From the NCBI GenBank assembly GCA_002269645.1, contig NIVC01001517.1, forward strand, positions 132,465 to 196,464: a stretch of DNA of 64,000 nucleotides, written 5' to 3'. This document shows positions 24,780-37,112 of this stretch, piece after piece. Both the position numbers and the translations under genes were made by a program. Position 1 is the first letter of the stretch. Each line of letters begins with the position of its first letter. Under the pieces are notes generated by a model. It searched no databases. It was not told the origin of the DNA and worked only from the letters and a program-made list of their open reading frames with translations. The stretch is from Macrostomum lignano (lineage: Eukaryota).

Positions 24780-25420
24780 ACCCTCTAGTCTACCCTCCCT
24801 ACCCTCTCCTCTACCCTCCCTACCCTCTCCTCTACCCTCCCAACCCTCTCCTCTACCCTCCCTACCCTCCCAACCCTCTCCTCTACCCTCCCTACCCTCC
24901 CAACCCTCTCCTCTACCCTCCCTACCCTCCCAACCCTCTCCTCTACCCTCCCTACCCTTCCTACCCTCTTCTCTACCCTCCTAAACCTCTCCTCTACCCT
25001 CCCTACCCTCTCCTCTACCCTCCCAAACCTCTCTCTACCCTCCCTACCCTCTCCTCTACCCTCCCTACCCACCCAACCCTCTCCTCTACCCTCCCTACCC
25101 ACCCAACCCTCTCCTCTACCCTCCCTACCCTCCCAACCCTCTCCTCTACCCTCCCTACCCTCTCCTTTACCCTCCCAAACCTCTCTCTACCCTCCCTACC
25201 CTCCCAACCCTCTCCTCTACCCTCCCTACCCACCCAACCCTCTCCTCTACCCTCCCTACCCTTCCTACCCTCTTCTCTACCCTCCCTACCCTCTCCTCTA
25301 CCCTTCCCCTCCTCTACCCTCCGTACCCTCTCCTCTACCCTCCCCCTCCTCTACCCTCCGTACCCTCTCCTCTACCCTCCCCCTCCTCTACCCTCCCCTA
25401 CCCTTTCCTCAACGCTTGCC
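24780..25420. repeat. C-rich degenerate array based on CTACCCTC(C/T)
   Basis: Tandem 9-21-bp variants. Confidence 0.9.
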
Positions 25421-26130
25421 TATCCTCTCCTTTACAGATAGACAGACAGACAGGCAGATGTGAACAGGTCAAAGCACAGCCGACAGACAGGAATTGATGA
25501 GAGGAATAATTAAAATCAGAGGCCACTGTGGTGAAGTGAGGCAAACCCGGCCTGTGAACTCAGTGTCAGGCCGGTCACCTGGCGCCAGCGGGGCTGCCAG
25601 GTGAAAGCTGTGTCCTGTTGTCTCCCCTGTAATTTGCTTCCACCAGCCCTCCCCAAGCGGAGTTGAGCCACTCAGCCCCCTCGGAAGCCCTCCGCAGATT
25701 TAGTGGTCAAGTTTTAATTTCCTACTTTAATCAACACGTGGCTGCCATGGCCGGGGCTGGGGCAGAGCTGGATGGCCGACTCCCCTGGTCGCCACAAAGC
25801 CGATCGATGCTGTAATTGAGAGCCGGCTCGGCCGCGCGGGTGTCTCCCAGTCTTCCCGGGCGGCTTGGGTCCGGAGCTGCCGGATTTCAACTGCACTTGA
25901 AAACGGAGTGAAAGTCGGAGCGAAACCCCCAGCCCCCTCAGACTGACAGGTGGCGGTCGTCTGTGGCTTACCAGCCCCCTTTCAATCTTTGCGAGGCTGC
26001 TGCTACACGCTTCCCAGCCTCCTTATCTGCCTCATCTGCAGAATCCCTCAGCCCCCCCACCCGCCTGACACATTCGGATGCACTGTTCCAAGGCCTAACA
26101 TAACAATGCTCATTTCGGCAGGGACTCCAG

Positions 26131-26330
26131 ATGTAGCTGCAGATGAAGCTGCAGATGAAGCTGCAGATGAAGCTGCAGATGAAGCTGCAGATGAAGCTGC
26201 AGATGAAGCTGCAGATGAAGCTGCAGATGAAGCAGCAGATGAAGCTCCAGATGAAGCTGCAGATGAAGCTGCAGATGAAGCAGCAGATGAAGCTGCAGAT
26301 GAAGATCCAGATGAAGCTGCAGATGAAGCT
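26131..26330. repeat. 12-bp minisatellite (GCTGCAGATGAA)n
   Basis: Tandem units reading ADEA or MKLQ depending on frame; coding status unknown. Confidence 0.93.
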
Positions 26331-26725
26331 GCACTCTCTGTCGAGTCTGCCTAAGAGCTGCCGACTTCATTGGGTTGCCAATGGACTGCAGCTGTGGTCT
26401 CATTGGCCAGCTGGGGGGGGGGGCAGCTCCCAGTCCCTGCCAACCCCGGGTCCGCCTCGTCTTTACCCGCTTGCCCCGCTGCCCCCGCTTTTACAACCTG
26501 GCAGAGCAGCCCGAAGCGCAGAGAAGCAGAGGAGCGGAGGAGCGCCGATCGTAAAAGCGTAGAGTCGCCGACCCCCAGTGACGGTCTGGCAGCAGCTGTT
26601 TGAGCCACTGCGCGCTTATTTTTCCGGCCAAGTCAAGATGTCAGCAGCCGAGCCGCTGTTGTAAGACTTTCTTTTGATTGCCCTGGCGAACCTTCTCGCT
26701 ACTCACTGAGCCCCTGACCGGCCAT

Positions 26726-28035
26726 ATGGACCCCCACCCGATGGACCTCGCCTCCATGCTGGGCCGCTACAGCTTCGACTTCGATGAGGCCTCAGCTGAT
26801 GACGAGGCCGGCACAACCACCTTCTCGTCCTCGCTGGCGGCTGCCGGCGGTCTCAGCGGGCAGCTCAAGCAGCCGCCGTCCTCGCTGTCCACCGCCTCTG
26901 GCGTCTACGGCGGCGGCAACGGCGGAGGCGGCGGCAGCGGCAGCGGCAGCAGCGGCGCCGGCTGCCTCCCTGGCAATTTTTCGTCCCTCCGCGCGTCCTC
27001 GGCTGCGGCAGCCATCAGCACCAGCGACAGCGCCATCGGCAGCACCTGCAGCACCAGTTCCAGCACCACCTGCTGCCCGGGGGCGCCATCTCTGACGGAG
27101 GCGCCGGCCAGCTGACTGCAACACCGCGGCACCGACCGCACCACGCGACCCCGTCGAGGCAGTCGCCGCCGCCGCAGCCACCGCGGCCGGCTCAGCCGAC
27201 CGGCCGCGCCCAGTTCGGCCCGTTCGCCCTGAAGTTTCTGCGCCGCTCGCCGCCCGCCAAGTCGCTGTGGCTGGTGGCGCTGGTGCTCGGCGCGGCCCTG
27301 ACCGGCTTCCACCTGTGGCGCCTCTGGGCCGCCTTCAGCAGCGGCCGGACGGTCCTGACGGCTGGCCGGCCGCGCCCGTTTGTCTTCCCGGACGTGACGA
27401 TCTGCCCGCCCAGCGCCTTTTTCCGCCGCGACGTCAGCAAGCCGGACACGCTGGAGGGCAGCAACCGGACGTTCGGCTTCGACATCCTGGTGAACTCGGC
27501 GCCCGCCCTGTGGCGCTACGTGCTGTACGGCAACATGTCGCTGCAGCACCTCACGCAGGCGCAGCGGGAGTACGCCTCACGGCTGGCCCTGCTCAGTATC
27601 TTCCGGTACTACATCAACTCAAGTGCCGTGCTCAGCCCGCTGGACATGGTGGCCTACTGCCGCTACCAGGGCCGCCTCTGCGACATGGACAGCTTCTCCA
27701 TCTTCTTCCACCCGGCTCACGGCTCCTGCATCACCTTCCACCCGCCCGTGCGAGCGGTGCGGGCCACCCACCTGGACACGGACAGCCCGGGCCTGGTGCT
27801 GCAGCTGCACACCCTCAGCCCCAGCAACTGGCTGCTCACCGGCGACTCCCAGACCAGCATGACTCACCGGCACAGCTACACTGCGGCGCTGCATCCGCCT
27901 CTCACCTGGCCCAGCTTCCAGCGGGTCTCCCACATCAACAGCGGCCGCATCACCTCCATGCGCGTCTCCATGCGGCAGGTGCGCCGCGACCAGCTGGACT
28001 TTGACGACATTGATGAGGCCGGACTCGGACAGGCG
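26726..28035 (+). CDS. DEG/ENaC (ASIC/pickpocket-like) sodium channel family, exon 1, with a probable 1-nt frameshift in the N-terminal low-complexity region
   Basis: TM1 (SLWLVALVLGAALTGFHLW), FPDVTICP (family FPAVTIC motif), YCRYQGRLC…F..F.HPAHGSCITF (family C.F.G..C…G.CYTF) and GLVLQL. The channel frame has no upstream ATG; an ATG frame (MDPHPMDLASML…) starts at 26726 one base out of phase. Phase-0 donor GCG|gtaagg at 28036. Confidence 0.8.
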
Positions 28036-28061
28036 GTAAGGCGGTTTTGATGGCGCACTCA

Positions 28062-28445
28062 TTCCAGATTCTCAGATTCCTTCATCATCACTGATTCCAG
28101 ATTCTCACATTCCTTCATCATCACTGATTCCAGATTCTCAGATTCCTTCATCATCTCTGATTCCAGAATCCCAGATCCTTCATCATCATTGATTCCAGAT
28201 TCTCACATTCCTTCATCATCACTGATTCCAGATTCTCAGATTCCTTCATCATCACTGATTCCAGATTCTCACATTCCTTCATCATCTTTGATTCCAGAAT
28301 CCCAGATCCTTCATCATCTTTGATTCCAGAATCCCAGATCCTTCATCATCTTTGATTCCAGAATCCCAGATCCTTCATCATCTCTGATTCCAGAATCCCA
28401 GATCCTTCATCATCACTGATTCCAGAATCCCAGATCCTAGAACCC
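28062..28445. repeat. about 33-bp minisatellite filling the DEG/ENaC intron
   Basis: (GATTCCAGATTCTCACATTCCTTCATCATCACT)-type units between donor 28036 and acceptor 28484. Confidence 0.92.
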
Positions 28446-28484
28446 AGAACCAGGAGTCAACCGCTGAGCTGCTCACCTTCGCAG

Positions 28485-29564
28485 CGCCGCCCATCCCGCC
28501 GACTCCCGCAGGCGGAGCCGATCGCCGCGGCCACGGCCAGCTACTGCTTCGGCGGCCAGGCCCGCTGGTGCCGCCGCTACGCCAGCCGCCGCGAGGACCG
28601 CCTGCGGGTCCTCCGCCAGCGCGAGCTGCTGAGCACCTGCGGCTGCCTTAGCGACTCCCTGCCGGTGCCGGAGCGGCTCGCCGACAAGCCGTCGTGCGTC
28701 GGCGTCCGCGAGCCGATCCTGCTGCAGTTCGACCCGCGCCGGGCCAAGTACGTGGGCCGCTACCTGTACATCCTGGACCGCGGCGGCGAGATGCGCTGGA
28801 TTGAGGACACGCGCGACTACGCGGCCTTCAAGCGCTCGGTGGACTGCTTCCTGCGCCACTTCCCCCGGCCGCTGGACGAGGCCCGGTTGGGCGCAGCCGA
28901 CCCCGACGCCGTGAGCACCAGCTACCGGGCCGAGGTGGACTCTGGGCCCTGGTTCCAGTCCACCGACACGCTGCACGCGGCCTACATCTCGCAGAACCTC
29001 CGTCTGTACGAGCAGCAGGTGGTGCGGCCGGAGGCGCGACGCCGGAACGCCAGCCTGCCAGTGCAGGCCTACCTGCGGCGGCTGCAGGGCCCCGAGCAGT
29101 TCAGCATCCACGCGCACAAGGTGCTGCAGAGCAACACCGGCATGCTGGAGGTCCGGCCGGCCTCGCTGCTCAGCCAGCAGGTGTCCGAGGTGTGGCTGTA
29201 CCCGCTGTCCGCCTTCCTGGCCGACGCTGGCGGCGCTCTCGGCCTCCTGCTGGGCGCCTCGCTGGTGAGCCTGCTGGAGTGCCTCGACGCGCTGCTCATG
29301 CTGGCCTGCTGCCGAGGGCGAGCGTCGGCAACGTCGGCAGCGGCAGCGGCGGCTTCAGGAGACGCCTTCGGCAATCGGAGGGCTGCTGCAAGGACTGGCT
29401 GCGGGCACGGAGACAGCTACTGCGGAGTGGGCAGCGTCAAGAGCCGGCACAGGCAGCAGCGGCAGCGGCAGGGGCGTCGGTGTCGGGACAGCGGCTGCCG
29501 CTGCCACTGCCAGTGCGAAGGCGGCGGCGGCGACGGAGGCGGCAGCGGCCACTTGACTTGCTGA
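28485..29564 (+). CDS. DEG/ENaC family channel, exon 2 (thumb, TM2, C-tail)
   Basis: Acceptor gctcaccttcgcag| in phase 0 (an alternative at 28511 is also phase 0). LLSTCGC..LP is present, and TM2 YPLSAFLADAGGALGLLLGASLVSLLE matches the family L.DIGGxxGLFxGAS selectivity region. Stop at 29562-29564. Confidence 0.87.
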   Translation, partial: RRPSRRLPQAEPIAAATASYCFGGQARWCRRYASRREDRLRVLRQRELLSTCGCLSDSLPVPERLADKPSCVGVREPILLQFDPRRAKYVGRYLYILDRGGEMRWIEDTRDYAAFKRSVDCFLRHFPRPLDEARLGAADPDAVSTSYRAEVDSGPWFQSTDTLHAAYISQNLRLYEQQVVRPEARRRNASLPVQAYLRRLQGPEQFSIHAHKVLQSNTGMLEVRPASLLSQQVSEVWLYPLSAFLADAGGALGLLLGASLVSLLECLDALLMLACCRGRASATSAAAAAASGDAFGNRRAAARTGCGHGDSYCGVGSVKSRHRQQRQRQGRRCRDSGCRCHCQCEGGGGDGGGSGHLTC

Positions 29565-29684
29565 CCCCCCCCCCCTGCCTGCGGTCACGTGTTGGACAGC
29601 CCGTATCGATATCGATATTGCTATATTGCTATAGTATTTTGTAATTTGCGAACTCTGTTGTCACTCTGCGCAGATTGCCGGTGG

Positions 29685-30130
29685 GCGATGGAGCATTTGA
29701 GGAGTCTGGGAGTCAGTGATGAAGAATCTTTGGGAGTCTGAGAGTCAGTGATTTAACATTTGAGGAGTTTGATGGTCAGTGATGAAGCATCATTGGGAGT
29801 CTAAGGGTCACTGATGGATCATTTTAGGAGGCTGGAAGTCAGTGATGAGGGATCTTACGGAGGCTGACGGTCAGTGATGGAGGATCTTTGAGAGTCTGGG
29901 GGTCAGTGATGAATTATTTGAAGAGACTGGAAGTCAGTGATGAAGCTTCTGGAGAGGCTGAGGGTCAGTGATGGAGCACTTGAGGAGGCTGGGGTTCAGT
30001 GATGGAGCATTTGAGGAGTCTAGGAGTCAGTGCTGGAGGATCTTTGGGAGTCTGAAGGTCTGTGATGGAGCATTTTGGGAGACTGAGGGTCAGTAAATGG
30101 AGGATTAGAGGAGGCTGAGAGTCGGTGATG
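29685..30130. repeat. degenerate about 33-bp tandem repeat (…GAGTCTGGGAGTCAGTGATGGAGCAT…)
   Basis: Recurring GTCAGTGATG core at roughly regular spacing. Confidence 0.85.
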
Positions 30131-30719
30131 AAGGATGAAGCCTGTCTCCCTGCTCCCCGCCCAGCCACGCCCCCAGCCGCAGCCCATGAAACCCCAATCG
30201 CGGTGAGTTTTGATCCCTCCTGAAAGCTGCCAGCCCCGGCGGCACAAATAGAACAGAGAGAATAAGTATTTGCGTTTTGCACCATAGTTTTTGATGGAGC
30301 AGAAAAACACAGAAAAACTTGCTTGCTTCTTTCTGGCATCTCCCGTCCCGGCCGGCCGGTCGATACCCCCCCTGCGAGCCAACGGTTTTGGCTTCTTTTG
30401 TTCCCAGCTTTGCTTTCCTGTGGCGGAAGCGGCTTTAACCATTGAGCACCGGCGCCCAGAAACATCTCGTTTCTCATTTTCCTGCGACTAAAAAAAGAAA
30501 CTCCCCCCAGACAGGGGGCGCGGGCTGATGGATCGATCGCACTGCCTGCCGAAGGTGCGGCTGCCCTCGCCCGCCCGGCTCATTATGCAGAACGCCTGAG
30601 TCATTCACGCTGAGCTGACTTCTCAAATGTGTTCCTAGCTGCTGCTGAGCTGCCATTGTGGTGGGGGACGAGTACAGGAGTTCTTTGGTATGCAACATCA
30701 CCCACATATTTAGTTGCTT

Positions 30720-31375
<656 letters not shown>

Positions 31376-32149
31376 TCTAGAATCGGTGATGATAAAGGAT
31401 CTGGAATTGTGGAATCAGCGCTAATGAAGGATTCGGGAGTTTGGAATCAGAGTAAAGGGTCAGGGGTCTCACAGATTCGGAACTGGATGCACAGTTACCC
31501 ATGACTGTACCCAGAGCAGTGCTCGTGCCAAAGGCTGGACTCCGCCTGCAAGGGGCTCTCAGCTTCATTCACGGCCCAGCCGCCCCTCACTTACAGAGCC
31601 ACACTTTTTGTGAAGTGATTAATTTGATTCCCGAGCAGAGAGCTCGCCAGTTTCTCAGTCGCTTCCCATGCAGACTCAACTGGGCCGAGATGGAGAGCGG
31701 GAGGCTGGGGTCTCCCAGTTCCTTCTCCCATCTCCGCAGCTCTCTTTTACAGCAGTCAAATTGGCTGAGAGATATGAGCGTATCTTGGCGTGCCTGGCCA
31801 AGGAGAACAGGATTAATGGCACCTGGATTTACGGGGGGGGAATCACCAAGCCAATTCGGTCTAACTTTCGCCACTGTTTCGGTGGGAAAGGCTGATGCAG
31901 CAGCTGGCTGAGCCAGCCAGATGCCAGAGTTCGGCCTCCATGGCTGCTCAGCTTTGATTGATGCAGAGTGCGAACTGTTGCTCCCGAGCCGTGGCTGGAC
32001 AAATTCCAGCCTCCCTGCGTCTGGCGACCGGTCCGCTGAACTCTGAGAGCCGCTTCCTGCTCGGAGCTTCATTCAAAAGGTGTGTGCGATTGCTCACACC
32101 AGCTGTTCATCCATCAGTGATAACCGGAACTGAGCCACAGATATCAGGG

Positions 32150-32823
32150 AGTCACTCACTGAGAATCGCTCACGAGAGTCACTGCTCATTGATAATCGTT
32201 CATGAGAGTCACTGCTCATTGATAATCGCTCATGAGAGTCAATACTTACTGAGAATCGCTCATGAGAGTTACTGCTCATTGAGAATCGCTCACGAGAGTC
32301 ACTGCTCACTGAGAATCGCTCATGAGAGTCACTGCTCACTGAGAATCGCTCATGAGAGTCACTGCTCATTGATAATCGCTCATGAGAGTCACTGCTCATT
32401 GAGAATCACCCATGAGAGTCATTACTCACTGAGAATTGCTCACGAGAGTTACTGCTCATTGAGAATCGCTCATGAGAGTCACTGCTCATTGAGAATCGCT
32501 CATGAGAGTCACTGCTCATTGAGAATCGCTCATGAGAGTCACTGCTCATTGATAATCGCTCATGAGAATCACTGCTCATTGAGAATCGCTCATGATAGTC
32601 ACTGCTCATTGAGAATCGCTCATGAGAGTCACTGCTCATTGAGAATCGCTCATGAGAGTCACTGCTCATTGAGAATCGCTCACGAGAGTCACTTCTCATT
32701 GAGAATCGCTCATGAGAGTCACTGCTCATTGAGAATCGCTCACGAGAGTCACTGCTCATTGAGAATCGCTCATGAGAGTCACTGCTCATTGAGAATCGCT
32801 CACGAGAGTCACTGCTCATTGAG
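32150..32823. repeat. 30-bp minisatellite (GAGAATCGCTCATGAGAGTCACTGCTCATT)n
   Basis: About 22 tandem units. Confidence 0.96.
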
Positions 32824-33224
32824 AAGCACAGAACAAAACATGCCAAAAGATTTGCCACACAGAACACAGGTGACAGACTCAGAGGAAGAAGTCTCATTCC
32901 ACCCAACAAGCAGTTCAGAGTCCCCGAGCTCAGCTGCAAACTTTATGAACAGCCGGATCGCGTGAGGCGAGCCGCTATGAGCATAAATTATGAAACTGTT
33001 TGCGAGCTGGGCTGAGGCAGGCTGCAAAAGCGCAATAAACACTGCAGGCCCGTGCCAGGCTTGTGCAGTGCAGATTGCGTGACTCAGACGCGCGGGTGCG
33101 GTCTCGGGCTCGAATCGATCAGGTGAGCCTCTTTTTGTACTCCAGCGACTACCGACTTTTTTGTGGCCTCTTTGAGAGACCGGCTGACCCTGTCCTTTGC
33201 AGGGTCAGTCGGATGGACACAAAC

Positions 33225-33530
33225 AGATGGCTGTGTCCTTTCTGCAGGGTGTTAGACAGATGGCTGTGTCCTTTCTGCAGGGTGTTAGACAGATGGCTGT
33301 GTCTTCCATGTAAGGGTGTTAGACAGATAGCTGTGTCTTCCATGTAAGGGTGTTAGACAGATGGCTGTGTATTCCATGTAAGGGTGTTAGACAGATGGCT
33401 GTGTCTTCCATGCAAGGGTGTTAGACAGATGGCTGTGTCTTCCATGCAAGGGTGTTAGACAGATGGCTGTGTCTTCCATGTAAGGGTGTTAGACAGATGG
33501 CTGTGTCTTCCATGCAAGGGTGTTAGACAG
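33225..33530. repeat. 33-34-bp minisatellite (…GGGTGTTAGACAGATGGCTGTGTC…)n, copy 1
   Basis: Tandem units; same family as 38715-39055. Confidence 0.93.
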
Positions 33531-34539
33531 GGCTCACCGCAGTCCAGCACTCCGTGCTATTTGAAGCCAAAGCTCAACACCAGACACCATATGTGTTAAA
33601 TAAATATATTTCATTGATTCCGAGTCCTTTCGCAGGCAACCTTCACCAGTAACTGTGGTCTCAGACTCGAATCGATCTGATAAGCACCCTCGTACGAGCT
33701 ACTCCAGCGATTATCTACTTTTTTCGCCTCTTTGAACGTCTGACTCGAAGCGCACAAAGCCGGCCTTCTGTGAACTTCTGCGAACGGCACCAAAGAACTC
33801 TACTTTTCTATCAAAGAGGGCCGCCAGTTGCGACGCCACCCGACACCTCCTCCGACAGTTCCGGGTTCCGGCCCGCGCACACAGAGCCAAGCCAGATCTT
33901 TTGAATCAAGTTTTTGATCATCGCGCGCCGACACCGCTCGACAACTTCCTGACTGATCGTGAAGCATCAGAGCCGGACAGACATCAGAGCAGAGGACTAC
34001 CTGCCCCCATCGTGCCATGTCACGTGAAATTTTTTAGAAACGTAGAGCCCCCCCCCAACCCCAAGGTCTGTCACTCCGCGTCTCTCAGCATTTCCGGTCT
34101 CTGGGCCAGGGGGGGAGGGGCGGCCGGTCTTTGCGAGCCTCGCAGCTGCCTTGGCCTTGCCTTGTCTTTGCTCTCCTCTCCGCTCCGCTCCTCTCCTCGC
34201 TAAAACTCCCTCGTCAGCCGGGCTCAAAGGGGGCAGGAGCAGCAGGGAGGCGCAGGGGATGAGAGATGCGAGCTGCATCAGCAGCAGCAGCAGCAGCAAC
34301 CCCCCGCCCCTTGTCCAAGAAAACAAGGCAGACGCGTTTTGCCACCCTTCCACCTGACGGCTTGTTTTCTGCCATGGGCGCTCGACCTCTCTGTATTCGA
34401 TTTTTGAATAAAATTTAAATGCAGGACTCAGATGGGCGATGGAGGAAGCTGGGGGCGGGAAGAGGGTGAGAAGTGGTGTAGACAGCGGCTGAGAGGTAAG
34501 TTGAGGGTTTCTTGAGTTTGAGAGAGGAAATGAAGGCAG

Positions 34540-34925
34540 GTAGATAGCCGATAGATTGTGAGTAGATAGCGGGTAGATAGCCGGTAGATAGCCGGTAGAT
34601 AGCCGGTAGATTGTGAGTAGATAGCGGGTAGATAGCAGGTAGATAGCCGGTAGATAGCCGGTAGATAGCCGTAGATAGTTGGTAGATAGCTGGTAGATAG
34701 CCAGTAGATAGCCGGTAGATTACGGGTAGATTGCAGGTAGATAGCTGTAGCTGGTAGATAGCCCGTAGATAGCAGGTAGATAACCGGTAGATAGCGGGTA
34801 GATAGTGCGTAGATAGTGGGTAGATAGTGGGTAGATAGCGGGTAGATAACCGGTAGATAGCTGGTAGATACTGGGTAGAAAGCCAGTAAATAGCCGGTAG
34901 ATAGCTGGCAGATAGCAGGTAGATA
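34540..34925. repeat. 11-bp minisatellite (GTAGATAGCCG)n
   Basis: Imperfect tandem units. Confidence 0.92.
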
Positions 34926-35141
34926 GACAAGCGAGTTGAGAGAAGCCCCGTGTGGGGAGGCTCGGTGAAGGAGCCTTGGCATGCCAATGACATGACAGAC
35001 GAGTTAAAAGTGTCAAACTGACAGGTCCGAGACAGAAGCTGGGCTGCTCGTCTCAAGCAAACTCTCGCGAGCTGAATTGGCAAACAAAAGATTTTGAATT
35101 TGAGCAGAGTGACACTGGTCCCGACGCCTTCGCCGCGTGCG

Positions 35142-35155
35142 GTTGTCATGGAAAC
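35142..35155. promoter_or_regulatory. X-box (RFX-binding) consensus match
   Basis: GTTGTCATGGAAAC fits GTHNYYATRRNAAC at all 14 positions and lies in unique sequence between repeat arrays. Function not shown. Confidence 0.45.
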
Positions 35156-35397
35156 GAAAGAATGGATCAGCGGGAGTGAAGGAACTTGACACTGGGCTGG
35201 GGGGGCATCTGAGAGTCGCCTGGGCGCAGCTTCACTGCCGGGTCCTCTCCTTCAAACCGCAGGCTTCTCTTTGCTCATGCGACCGAGCTCTCGGGTTCTC
35301 CGCCCACTCTGACCCGCGGCGCAGCATCCTAGCGATCAATCTGTGCGTCACTGGCTGTGCGTTCTGGCTCGCATGCTGCCTTAGTGGTACACGGGCC

Positions 35398-36075
35398 TCT
35401 CATCTCCTTCTCTCATCTCCCTCTCTCATCTCCCTCTCTCATCTCCCTCTTTCATCTCCCCTCTTTCATCTCCCTCTCTCATCTCCTTCTCTCATCTCCC
35501 TCTCTCATCTCCCTCTCTCATCTCCCTCTCTCATCTCCCTCTCTCATCTCCCCTCTTTCATCTCCCTCTCTCATCTCCTTCTCTCATCTCCCCTCTCTCA
35601 TCTCCCCTCTCTCATCTCCCTCTCTCATCTCCCTCTCTCATCTCCCTCTCTCATCTCCCCTCTCTCATCTCCCTCTCTCATCTCCTTCTCTCATCTCCCT
35701 CTCTCATCTCTCTCTCTCATCTCCCCTCTCTCATTTCCCCTCTCTCATCTCCCCTCTCTCATCTCCCTCTCTCATCTCCCCTCTCTCATTTCCCCTCTCT
35801 TATCTCCCCTCTCTCATCTCCCTCTCTCATCTCCCCTCTCTCATCCCCCTCTCTCATCTCCCCTCTTTCATCTCCATCTCTCATCTCCCCTCTCTCATCT
35901 CCCCTCTTTCATCTCCCTCTCTCATCTCCCTCTCTCATCTCCCCTCTCTCATCTCCCCTCTCACATCTCCCCTCTCACATCTCCCCTCTCTCATCTCCCT
36001 CTCTCATCTCCCCTCTCTCATCTCCCCTCTCACATCTCCCCTCTTTCATCTCCCTCTCTCATCTCCACTCTCTCC
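35398..36075. repeat. 12-13-bp minisatellite (CTCTCATCTCCC[C])n
   Basis: Pyrimidine-rich tandem units. Confidence 0.94.
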
Positions 36076-36882
36076 TCTCCCTTCTCTCATTTCCCCTATC
36101 TAATTTTCTCCTTATCGCACCTCTATTCTCCCTCATCTCTATTGTCTTTCGTCTCCCTGTCTGGAATTTCTACTCAAAATTCATACAGAGTTTTGAGCTG
36201 CTCCCATCATTTTTCATTTCCAGCAGGTGGCTGCCATCCTCAAAGCAGCGCACTAGGCCATCACAGATCCCAGACGGCAGACCACAGGAAGCTCATTTTC
36301 GAACTCTTAAAGCACAATTGTGAGCCTCCTGCAGCCTCTGCACTTTGAGAACCTGTGTCTGCACACTTGTTATCCTTCTCTCATTGTCCCCAAATCCTCA
36401 GATCCGATTTTTGAGTCTGGTTCTTCATCACCTCACAGGCTGTCTGATAAAATCTTCTATCAAATCCGGAAACTGCTGCTGGCTAATTAAAACAAAAGTC
36501 CGCGGTAGCGTCCGGCCCTGCCGCCCCGCCGCAGCTCAGGAGGTGCTGATTTAAGCAACTGCTTGCCGACTCCCATTAATTTGAGCACTCTGGAGTCTGG
36601 ACAGCTCGGACAAACTCGGACAGAACCCGGACAGAACTCTGCCTGCTTGGCCAATGTTTTCATTGCCAAAACTAATCGAATCCCCTTCAGCAATCAGCCC
36701 CGCTCCCAGCCCGCCTGCGTTGAGGAGCCGCTGGCGAAGATGACTTCTGCCTGCCATATTGATCTGCCAACTCAGAATAACTTTATTGAGTCTGCAGACT
36801 GGCCGGCTGCTGCGCACCGAAATGTTTGCTCTTTTATGCTGTGAGTTCGCTCTGTCTGTCTGCTTTGCCTGCTCGCCGACAT

Positions 36883-37100
36883 GTAACCTGTTAGATACTG
36901 AGTTGCAACCTGTTAGATACTGATTTGTAACCTGTTAGATACTGATTTGTAACCTGTTAGATACTGAGTTGTAACCTGTTAGATACTGAGTTGTAACCTG
37001 TTAGATACTGAGTTGTAACCTGTTAGATACTGAGTTGTAACCTGTTAGATACTGATTTGTAACCTGTAGATACTGAGTTGTAACCTGTTAGATACTGAGT
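36883..37100. repeat. 22-bp minisatellite (AACCTGTTAGATACTGAGTTGT)n
   Basis: About 10 units abutting the 27-bp array and sharing the ACCTGTTAGA core with it. Confidence 0.95.
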
Positions 37101-37112
37101 TGTAACTGAGTT

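Noticed and set aside
25950-26354. Acidic ADEA-repeat protein
   Set aside because: The ORF depends on a 12-bp tandem repeat and a GTG start; no independent coding evidence.
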